The notes under the pieces are model-generated. The model saw only the letters and a list, made by a program, of their open reading frames with translations. It was not told the origin of the DNA and did not search any database. From NCBI GenBank assembly GCA_020891255.1, contig BQFW01000001.1:1798001-1862000 (forward strand): DNA of 64,000 nucleotides. The letters are read 5' to 3'. The DNA is from Entomortierella parvispora E1425. Lineage: Eukaryota > Fungi > Mortierellomycota. The translations under genes were made by a program, and so were the position numbers. Positions 12,295 to 22,033 of this stretch are shown one piece after another (position 1 is the stretch's first letter; every line of letters starts with the position of its first letter).

Positions 12295-12989
12295 GGATTT
12301 ATCTATTTGACAACCCAGGTTGTTCGTTTTGTTTGACAACCCACCAGTCACACTTTGGAAAATTGCATGGAAACCTGGGTTGTCAGATAGTGAGCTCCAC
12401 CTCGTTCGCAACAAGCCCGCAAACCCGAAGTTGCCGCCCGAAACCGCCTCCATGGTACCAGCCATCGGACACGGCTTTGTGGACATCATTGTACTCTGCC
12501 TTCCATGACTCGCCAACGACCTGTCCTCCTGTGAGGGGACAGATCACCAGCCCGTTGGCACCAGCCCCGTTGGCATCGGCTCAGTCGGTCGTCACTGCCT
12601 ACCAAGGAGTGTTACACTGCGCTTCGATCAAGGCCTGGACTCCAATTATTAAAGGCCCTCACTCGGTCGTGGTCGCAGTTGCTCATCAACTTATCCGTCG
12701 TCAGGATAGGGATACTCTTGCACGTATCCGGAAGACACGCGGCGAGGTTACTATTGCCTGGGAGAAGACTCAAGGCATCCGCTCCAAGATGAAGAAGCAA
12801 GCACAGCGAGGCCAACCTTGGAACAATGCATTTGCTACGATCTTACCACCAGACACCTGCCAATGCGGTAAACCTCACTCCGGCCACCACCAAGGCCGTT
12901 GCCCAGATGCCCAAGATGACCTTAAGCTGGCAGACCAGCGCTTACTGGCTGGTGTGCGTGGCCAGGTTCATATATCGACACTTTTGTAA
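12291..12989 (+). other. Long open frame inside the left end of the MULE, with no upstream ATG; possible cargo gene or gene remnant
   Basis: Stop-free for 232 codons. The 3' half looks protein-like (basic helix, CQCGKPHSGHHQGRC), but the first in-frame ATG is late (MKKQ). Confidence 0.3.
12295..12344 (+). repeat. MULE left terminal inverted repeat
   Basis: GGATTTATCTATTTGACAACCCAGGTTGTTCGTTTTGTTTGACAACCCAC matches the reverse complement of 21859-21908 at 46/50 positions. Confidence 0.95.
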
Positions 12990-13237
12990 CATTTTATTCT
13001 TTATTAAACAGCGATGAGTCGTGGCATTTGTTGCGCGGGGATTCGGGCTTCATTGTTAGTAGTTTGTTCTCGCACTTCGCTTCACTGTCTCGACATAGCA
13101 AATAATATGTAAAAAAAAAAAAAGTCCACCTCGTCCGCCATAGCATCAGAAGATATTTCGCAAGAATATTTTTATTGAATAATTGCGAACATAACCTGTT
13201 ACACTTCGTCGACGTGGGATTGCGCACTATCTGTCTT

Positions 13238-14090
13238 TCACATGTCCTCGTCGTCCTGGCAGGGGCTGACCATGTAAGATGGGTCACTCTGAAGGCCTTT
13301 GAGTGCTCGCTCGCTGACTTCCAACGTGAAAGATCGATCGCGCTTGAGTGACATGAGGTTTCTAACCTCGTCCCTTGTAAGCTTCTGCTCGGCCATTATC
13401 TCTGCTTGATTGTTTTGATGGCGATTGTAGAACACTCTCTGTTCCTCAACAGCTGCTCGCTGCATCTCAATGGCAGCTCGCTGCTCCTCGAGGGCCGTGC
13501 GCTGCTCCTCTAAGGCCAAGCGGTTATGTTCAGCGATGCTGCGCTGATGTGCCACAGCTTGTTCAGCATACGAAGCGGTGAAGGTGTTCAGAAACGACAA
13601 CTGAGACTGGGTCATGCTCTCGACGAGCTTCGCGCTCTGTCCTGTGAACGTCTCCAGGAAGGCTTGATGTTGCTCAATCAACTTTTCCTCCAGAATGCTC
13701 CCCGACGCTGCGCTCCGCTACCACCAGGGCCGTTGAAGGAGGCGCCGGCGCAACAATAACGCCATTGCCATCGCCTGCACCACCTGCACCAGGAGGAGGT
13801 GGATGTGCGATTGCATTTAGGGCGGCGTCCCTGGCAACGGCACAGTAATGGTAATGGCGATGGATCGAAGAGTTAAGGGTGAACGTCAGGCCACAGTAGC
13901 AGACGAAATCCATGTGTTTTGTGGGAATTCGACTAAAGGTGACTTGTCGATCAGTGTACCCGCACATGAACTTGATGGGGTTGTCGACGTGATACCCTGC
14001 AACATGGTTCTTCTGATTTTTGGTCTTGGGTTCGGCAGGGGGGAGGAGACCTAGCGCGCAATAGCCGTAAGTGCAAGCACCACGAGGCAT
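13238..14090 (-). CDS. MULE cargo gene: two putative zinc fingers plus a coiled coil; split by a 1-bp frameshift at 13700-13703
   Basis: ORF 13674-14090 has C-x4-C-x17-H-x4-H and C-x-C-x12-H-x3-C; ORF 13238-13681 has an EEQR-repeat coiled coil. Removing one base from the 4-nt homopolymer at 13700-13703 gives a single 283-aa ORF. Confidence 0.6.
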
Positions 14091-14247
14091 GTTGGAAGAG
14101 GTGAGAACGATGAGGAGGACAAGATACAGAACTGGATGCCGCAAGTACACATATTTATACATGTGGGAGTTGCTGACACAAGAAGCCTGGATGTACGAGT
14201 CAGTCGAGTCAGTCCCTTTGTTTCGAACCAGAAGAACATGTCGGACC

Positions 14248-17200
14248 ATCATCCTCTATGACCTAGGGGATGTCTGTCAATGGCATGCATACAGAGGGCA
14301 AAATGTATCTTTTTTTTCTTTTGGCCGACCATGGTACACGTACCGTCTTGCGAGTCCTTGCGAGTCGCCAGAAGTCCCAATTAGGAATGGTCTACTGTTG
14401 CATGCAAAGGCTTTTTTTTTATTTGACCGAGGGTTGACCGGGGGTAGATCAATACAAGAGGAAAGAAACACAGCTGATACCCGCTCCAGTCTTCTGATCC
14501 AGACAAGGTCAGAGCCCACTGGACTATCATCCTCTATGACCGAGGGGATGTCTGTCAATTGCATGCATACAGAAGGCAAAATGTATCTTTTTTTTTCTTT
14601 TGGCCGACCATGGTACACGTACCGTCTTGCGAGTCCTTGCGAGTCGCCAGAAGTCCCAATTAGGAATGGTCTACTGTTGCATGCAAAGGATTTTTTTTTT
14701 TTATTTGACCGAGGGTTGACCGGGGGTAGATCAATACAAGAGGAAAGAAACACAGCTGATACCCGCTCCAGTCTTCCGGACCGGACAAGGTCAGAGCCCA
14801 CTGGACTGTCACCCTCTATGACCTAGGGGATGTCTGTCAATTGCATGCATACAGAAGGCAAAATGCACTTTTTTTTTTCTTTTGGCCGATCATGGTACAC
14901 GTACCGTCTTGCGAGTCCTTGCGAGTCGCCAGAAGTCCCAATTAGGAATGGTCTACTCTTGCATGCAGAGGATTTTTTTTTTTTTTTTTTGACTGAGGGT
15001 TGACCGGGGGTAGATCAATACCAGAGGAAAGAAACACGGCTGATACCCGCTCCAGTCTTCCGGACCGGACAAGGTCAGAGCTCACTGGACTATCATCCTC
15101 TATGACCTAGGGGATGTCTGCCAATTGCATGCATACAGAAGGCAAAATGCACTTTTTTTTTTCTTTTGGCCGATCATGGTACACATACCGTCTTGCGAGT
15201 CCTTGCGAGTCGCCAGAAGTCCCAATTAGGAATGGTCTACTCTTGCATGCAGAGGTTTTTTTTTTTTTTTTTTGACTGAGGGTTGACCGGGGGTAGATCA
15301 ATACCAGAGGAAAGAAACACGGCTGATACCCGCTCCAGTCTTCCGGACCGGACAAGGTCAGAGCTCACTGGACTATCACCCTCCATGACTTAGAGGATGC
15401 CTGTCAATTGCATGCATACAGAAGGCAAAATGCACTTTTTTTTTTCTTTTGGCCGACCATGGTACACATACCGTCTTGCGAGTCCTTGCGAGTCGCCAGA
15501 AGTCCCAATTAGGAATGGTCTACTGTTGCATGCAAAGGCTTTTTTTTTTTATTTGACCGAGGGTTGACCGGGGGTAGATCAATACAAGAGGAAAGAAACA
15601 CAGCTGATACCCGCTCCAGTCTTCCGGACCGGACAAGGTCAGAGCTCACTGGACTATCATCCTCTATGACCTAGGGGATGCCTGTCAATTGCATGCATAC
15701 AGAAGGCAAAATGCACTTTTTTTTTTCTTTTGGCCGATCATGGTACACATACCGTCTTGCGAGTCCTTGCGAGTCGCCAGAAGTCCCAATTAGGAATGGT
15801 CTACTCTTGCATGCAGAGGTTTTTTTTTTTTTTTTTTGACTGAGGGTTGACCGGGGGTAGATCAATACCAGAGGAAAGAAACACGGCTGATACCCGCTCC
15901 AGTCTTCCGGACCGGACAAGGTCAGAGCCCACTGGACTATCACCCTCTATGACCTAGGGGATGTCTGTCAATTGCATGCATACAGAAGGCAAAATGCACT
16001 TTTTTTTTTCTTTTGGCCGATCATGGTACACGTACCGTCTTGCGAGTCCTTGCGAGTCGCCAGAAGTCCCAATTAGGAATGGTCTACTCTTGCATGCAGA
16101 GGATTTTTTTTTATTTGACCGAGGGTTGACCGGGGGTAGATCAATACAAGAGGAAAGAAACACAGCTGATACCCGCTCCAGTCTTCCGGACCGGACAAGG
16201 TCAGAGCTCACTGGACTATCATCCTCTATGACCTAGGGGATGCCTGTCAATTGCATGCATACAGAAGGCAAAATGCACTTTTTTTTTTCTTTTGGCCGAT
16301 CATGGTACACATACCGTCTTGCGAGTCCTTGCGAGTCGCCAGAAGTCCCAATTAGGAATGGTCTACTCTTGCATGCAGAGGTTTTTTTTTTTTTTTTTTT
16401 GACTGAGGGTTGACCGGGGGTAGATCAATACCAGAGGAAAGAAACACGGCTGATACCCGCTCCAGTCTTCCGGACCGGACAAGGTCAGAGCTCACTGGAC
16501 TATCACCCTCCATGACTTAGAGGATGCCTGTCAATTGCATGCATACAGAAGGCAAAATGCACTTTTTTTTTTCTTTTGGCCGACCATGGTACACATACCG
16601 TCTTGCGAGTCCTTGCGAGTCGCCAGAAGTCCCAATTAGGAATGGTCTACTGTTGCATGCAAAGGCTTTTTTTTTTTTATTTGACCGAGGGTTGACCGGG
16701 GGTAGATCAATACAAGAGGAAAGAAACACAGCTGATACCCGCTCCAGTCTTCCGGACCGGACAAGGTCAGAGCCCACTGGACTATCACCCTCTATGACCT
16801 AGGGGATGTCTGTCAATTGCATGCATACAGAAGGCAAAATGCACTTTTTTTTTTCTTTTGGCCGATCATGGTACACGTACCGTCTTGCGAGTCCTTGCGA
16901 GTCGCCAGAAGTCCCAATTAGGAATGGTCTACTCTTGCATGCAGAGGATTTTTTTTTATTTGACCGAGGGTTGACCGGGGGTAGATCAATACAAGAGGAA
17001 AGAAACACAGCTGATACCCGCTCCAGTCTTCCGGACCGGACAAGGTCAGAGCCCACTGGACTATCACCCTCTATGACCTAGGGGATGTCTGTCAATTGCA
17101 TGCATACAGAAGGCAAAATGCACTTTTTTTTTTCTTTTGGCCGACCATGGTACACATACCGTCTTGCGAGTCCTTGCGAGTCGCCAGAAGTCCCAATTAG

Positions 17201-17436
17201 GAATGGTCTACTCTTGCATGCAGAGGTTTTTTTTTTTTTTTTTTGACTGAGGGTTGACCGGGGGTAGATCAATACCAGAGGAAAGAAACACGGCTGATAC
17301 CCGCTCCAGTCTTCCGGACCGGACAAGGTCAGAGCTCACTGGACTATCACCCTCCATGACTTAGAGGATGCCTGTCAATTGCATGCATACAGAAGGCAAA
17401 ATGGATCTTTTTTTTTTTTTGGCCGACTATGGTACA
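14248..17436. repeat. Tandem array of ~11.3 copies of a 278-284-bp unit inside the MULE
   Basis: Unit starts (CCTCTATGAC/CCTCCATGAC) at 14253, 14531, 14813, 15097, 15380, 15661, 15944, 16223, 16507, 16789, 17068 and 17351 (partial). Units differ mainly in T-tract length and a few linked substitutions. Confidence 0.97.
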
Positions 17437-17691
17437 TATATGGTATATACACATAGACTGCAAATAGTGTTCGGGGTTTTGAGTTACTCTACTCGAAGCG
17501 GAGACAATGAAACGTTGGAACTTCTGATATAAAGCTACGGCAGTAGGCACCGACGAAGATTCACAAGAATCTTATAACCTCAGCCGAGCCATACTTCTCT
17601 GTACGGGGTTTGTTGTCTGTCTCGTACCTACTGAAGTTCTTTGGAGCGTTTTGCTGATACAGTCTATTTTGGCATTTAAAAAAAATATAGG

Positions 17692-20600
17692 ATGTCGTCA
17701 GCTGTTAATCATCTTGTGGACGACCCAGGGACGTCGAAAGAATCGAAAGTGATGTACAGCCAATACTGGCAAAGGCTACAAACTGGCAAGGCACTGCTGA
17801 AAATCCCCCTTCCGATTACTAAAACTTGTACCGAGGTCGAGGTCATATATGAGCTGCCACCGCCCAAAGAGAGAATATTCGAAGCCAGAGTTGCAATTCT
17901 CAAAACGCTACCTTCGCAAGATGTTGTTATGAAGGCCAACGAAATGCTGCGTAGGTTCAATAAGAGAAAACATCGGCTGCTCTTTTCGTTTAGGTGTCAA
18001 TTGGCAAAACTCCTGACCAGCACAGTTACAATATGTTTATTTATAGTTGGTGCGTCAGTGTCTCAAAAGGCGTGGGGCATTCGCATCCATGGCGTTGGAG
18101 ATTTCTCGCATGCCTCGGTCAAAATCTTACTCGGCGCGGTGCAGACGCACACTTTCATCATTCAAGCGATGGAGATGTTTAACTGGATCGATGCCGTCTC
18201 GGATCGCAACTTTGCCGATTGGATCCGCGACCTAATTTCCAATACCTCAGGCATCATCCATTGGGAGTTTCAGCCAACTTCTGAGGCGCCATTGGCCATT
18301 GGAAACGCGTTTTGTCTCATGAAGGAGTGCTTCATTAATGACGAGGTCGTGCGCACGGTGTTGCAGCTCTTTGCCGAGTCGTATGGGGCAAGCAATCGAT
18401 ACCTTTTGATCACACCTACTCAACTCAACAACTGGCGAAAGAATCTATACCTGGAATGGAAAAGGGACGAGCTCCGAAGCGGGCGAGTTGAAAAGGCATT
18501 CTCGATTGTTTATATGCCATCTCATTGGGGTGCGATCGAGGTCGATTTCGTTAAATGTCAGATCTCATTTGGGGATTCCCTCTCTTATCCCACACCTCGT
18601 GAGGCCTGTCAAGCGATACGACAATGGATAAGATGCTGTGGGCTTGATATAGATCGTTGGAGCAGCCACATCGAGCATCTCGATGTCCCACGGCAACCAG
18701 CTAGCAGTGGATCGTGCGCTGTCAACTCCATCAATGCTGTCGAGAGGAGAATGAATCCTGAAATAGAACTCTGGACTCACGAACGATCTGCACATCATCG
18801 ATTGAGGCTTTTGAAGCTGGCCACCGGCTACAACAAGGTGAATCTTTGCTTGTTTGTAACGTATGACACAAATCCCCCGTTGTCCGACCACCGTAGATTA
18901 ATACTCAATTCATCTAGATCGAACATGCAGCACATGCTTCTCGAGGCCAAGGGGTGGCAAGGGTGGCTGATCTCGATATTGTGTCGGCAAATGATCCGGA
19001 CATAGTTACAACTGACTCAATCATCACAGACAACGCCATTGTAAAAGTCGCAGTCAATGAAGAGATACCTACCGAAGATGGGGTCACTACAGCTGTAGCC
19101 GATGCGGCTATTCTAGAGGAGACCATTACAAGTGATGCTTTCTTAAATGTCGGACCCTCTTCATGTGGGGCCAGGGCAGAGGCAGCGGCCGCCGCCGTAA
19201 CCATTACAAGTGATGCTCTTGCAGCTGACGGACCCTCTTCATGTGGGGCCAGGGCAGAGGTAGCGGCTGCCGCCATAGCCATCACAGGCAACAGTGCTGA
19301 AGAGGGTGACAGCCTGCCGTGGACACCTTATATCGGCCAGTTGCATGAAACTCTTGAAGAACTAGAAGAAAAACTCCACGCATGGGCTCGCAAGCAAGGA
19401 TTTTTCCTGAGAAGGATGCAGTCCAGACTCAAGAGGATGAATGGCCAAAGTCCCCGAGGTAGGTACTTAAAATCTGCAGGTTGTTTTTTTTTCTCTATGG
19501 ATCAATTCTTTTTGACACAAGTATGGTTTGCCGATGAATAGTAATTTTTGGTTGCAAGAAGGCTGGAAAACATGTTCCGCAAAAGAATGTTGACCCAGAT
19601 AAGCACCGCAATTGCACCTCCAGCCGCGAGTGCTGCCCATGCCAAATCGTTGTTCGGTCTCCAAGGGAGTTGTTTCCACGTTGGCGTATTACTTCCCTTG
19701 TCACAGACCACTGCCACGAACTCAAGAAATGCGACATCCTGGAGTCCAACCAGCGTGATAAACGACTCAGTGCCGAAATGCTCCAGCTTATTACCACCCA
19801 TGCAGGCAAATGTGATCCCAAGTTTATTGTTTACATGCTTCAACATGAATGGCCAGACAAAGCGTTCGATCTTCGGACAGTCGCAAATGCCATCCAGAAA
19901 GCAAAAAACAGTGCTCACATCGGTGGCTCCGAGGCTGCAGAGCTCCACAAGATTCTACAGGATAAAACGCGCAACGATAAAGACTGGTTCTTTGCTACCG
20001 ATCTGGATGAAAATGGCCGGCTCAGAAGGATGTTCTGGATGAGCCCTTCTCAAAGATACCTCTACCGACGCTACCGCGATGTTGTCATCAGCGATAACAC
20101 TTACAAGACGAACCGTTTCGGCATGCCTCTTAATGTTATAGTCATTATCGACAATGCAGGAAAGAGTCGTTTGGTAGGGTGTTCATTGGTTTCTGGGGAA
20201 TCAGTGGAGGACTATGAGTGGATTCTAGAGCAACTGTTGGCGGCAAGCGACAACGTATATCCTCATATCATTTTCGTCGACGAAGATCCCGCTATGGAGG
20301 CCGCTTGTGCCACAACTATAAGCAAGACCACCGTCTTGAACTGTATCTGGCATCTGCGACAAAACCTGAACAAAAACCTCCACGGAGCGCTAGGCAAAGA
20401 CTGGAATGATTTTATATCAGCTTTTTGGACAACCCGAAACGCGCTTACGGCCTCCGATTTTGAGCGTAGATGGTCAGAGCATGTTGCGGTCTTTGGTGTT
20501 GATAAGCCAAAGATTGAGGGTTACCTGAAAAGGATAAGCGAGAAGCGCGAGCACTGGGCTTGGCCTTGGGTTGGGACAAGATTTACCGCCGGAATGCAGT

Positions 20601-21770
20601 CGACTCAGCGTGTGGAGAGTATGAATGCGGCCATCAAAAGGGCCGTCAATGGCAAGACGTCCCTTCCAGCACTGTTCGAGGCAATTGAAAAGAAGCTATC
20701 AAATGAAGCCCAGACTTCAAAGTATATTCTCTACAAGACGGATACAACGGTTGATCCCGCAACGTCGACGTTTGTTCAGCAAATGTTTGCCGATGTTATC
20801 GATGCAAACAATCGCTATCTTGGCATCGCAGCAAAAAGTCAGATGAAGTTAGAGATGTCGCGCTCTGTTTTGTATCAGTCCAATCCACACACAGGTATAG
20901 ACGCCTGTGCTCCACGATCAATCGAAGGAGGTGATTTCGAGGAAGTAAGTACTTGTACATCATTCCAATACCCAAGCGCAATCCTAAGACCAGATAGAGG
21001 TACTAAGCCGTTATTCTTCTCTTTGTCCTTAGATTGAGAGATCGTCAAAAGACGATCGCGAAATGAGCTCTCTCCAGTCCATCCAGACAATCGTTGGTTC
21101 TGATCGAATTGTACAAATCTTCGACGTGACGTTCCGCTTGGACACGGAGCGAAAGTCACTTCAGCACATACTTTTACTGGCTGATGGCTCGTACATTTGT
21201 ACTTGCCTCCTCCTCCAAAACAGCGGATTTGTATGTCGACACTATTTCCATCTGATGCAAGTTAGTGACAGATGCAAGTATCATGTCAGGCTTATTCCGA
21301 TGCGGTGGTTTAAAGAAGAACTGCAGGACCTAACAGATCTTGATCTCTCAGGGGCGTTTTTGAGCGCAAAAACGCAGAAGACGGTCGCTCAGGTGGGGAG
21401 TGCAGAGGGAGAGCCTGCTTCTTCTTTCATGAGCGATATCATGAAGGTTTTCCCCTCAGTGCCATCCCTGTCGGGGGTTGATAAACGCAACCTTTCCAAA
21501 AAACGCCGCATTGGAGAGATATCTGGCCTGATGAAGAATATCATGGACACCGTGAACTCCAATCCAGAAGTATTCGAAACAGTTAAAGATGGCCTAAACC
21601 GTGTCATTGTGAGGGGGGCAGGCGAAGAAGGTATGAAGGATCCTCACTATACAAAGACGAAGGGCAGACCGAGGACTTCTCGGATAAAGAGTAGCATGGA
21701 GACAAAAAAAAAATCAACGAAGTGTGGAGTGTGCAGCGGGGAAGGTCACAATTCTAGACAGCACTCATAA
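17692..21770 (+). CDS. Ulp1/C48 SUMO-protease::FAR1-MULE DDE-SWIM transposase fusion; predicted 5 exons, ~1243 aa
   Basis: Ulp1 motifs FINDEVV, HW, GDSL and Q..SSGSC. FAR1-type domain (WARKQGF...FGCKKAG...CCPC...WRI...DHCH). DDE motifs SDNTYKTN, VDEDPAM, CIWH and TQRVESMN. SWIM CTC..NSGFVCRH; C-terminal KGRPR and CxxCxxxxH. GT-AG introns 17951-18046, 18838-18917, 19459-19541 and 20945-21032 keep one frame. Confidence 0.85.
19122..19277 (+). repeat. 78-bp tandem duplication in the protease-transposase linker
   Basis: ACCATTACAAGTGATGCT...GGACCCTCTTCATGTGGGGCCAGGGCAGAG at 19122 and 19200; encodes TITSDA....GPSSCGARAE.AAAA twice. Confidence 0.9.
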
Positions 21771-21858
21771 AAATAAACGTTTGTTTGGCAACCTGGGTTG
21801 TCAATTGAGGAATGACAGGTGGGTTGCCGAATAAAAAACGAGACTAACCAAATATAGA

Positions 21859-21908
21859 GTGGGTTGTCAGGTAAAACGAACAACCTGGGTTGTCAAATAG
21901 ATAAACCC
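21859..21908 (-). repeat. MULE right terminal inverted repeat
   Basis: Reverse complement GGGTTTATCTATTTGACAACCCAGGTTGTTCGTTTTACCTGACAACCCAC. Confidence 0.95.
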
Positions 21909-21917
21909 CTTTTTTGT
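21909..21917. repeat. Right 9-bp target-site duplication of the MULE (CTTTTTTGT)
   Basis: Identical to 12286-12294. Confidence 0.95.
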
Positions 21918-22033
21918 TGCACTTTTGATCGACGACCCTGTCGTTGGTTAGTTTCCTGCCGACTTTGTCTCTCAACGACCAACACTTCGTTAAGGAAGGT
22001 AATAGTTTTGGTATAATTTCAGCTTTTTTATTT

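Larger units (their letters stand above)
12295..21908 (+). mobile_element. Complete Mutator-like (MULE/FAR1-type) DNA transposon, 9,614 bp
   Basis: ~50-bp TIRs with 4 mismatches, a perfect 9-bp TSD (canonical for MULEs), and an internal FAR1-MULE DDE-SWIM transposase. Confidence 0.95.

Noticed and set aside
14248-17436. CRISPR-like array or guide-RNA cassette
   Set aside because: Units are near-identical along their whole length with no unique spacers, the period (~282 bp) is far too long, and there are no cas-like genes.
14248-17436. Hammerhead ribozyme in the satellite unit
   Set aside because: No CTGANGA core on either strand (closest is CTGATAC). Other ribozyme classes cannot be excluded without an Infernal search.
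14071-17550. Repeated 80-250-aa ORFs on both strands within the array
   Set aside because: They open and close according to T-tract length in each unit; they are by-products of the repeat, with no coding signature.
19122-19277. Ulp1 self-cleavage site in the linker repeats
   Set aside because: Ulp1-family proteases cut after Gly-Gly of a ubiquitin-like fold; the repeats contain neither.
17692-21770. Four separate genes (ORFs at 17692, 18954, 19670, 21063)
   Set aside because: Canonical introns join them in a single frame, and one junction rebuilds a recognisable FAR1 domain.
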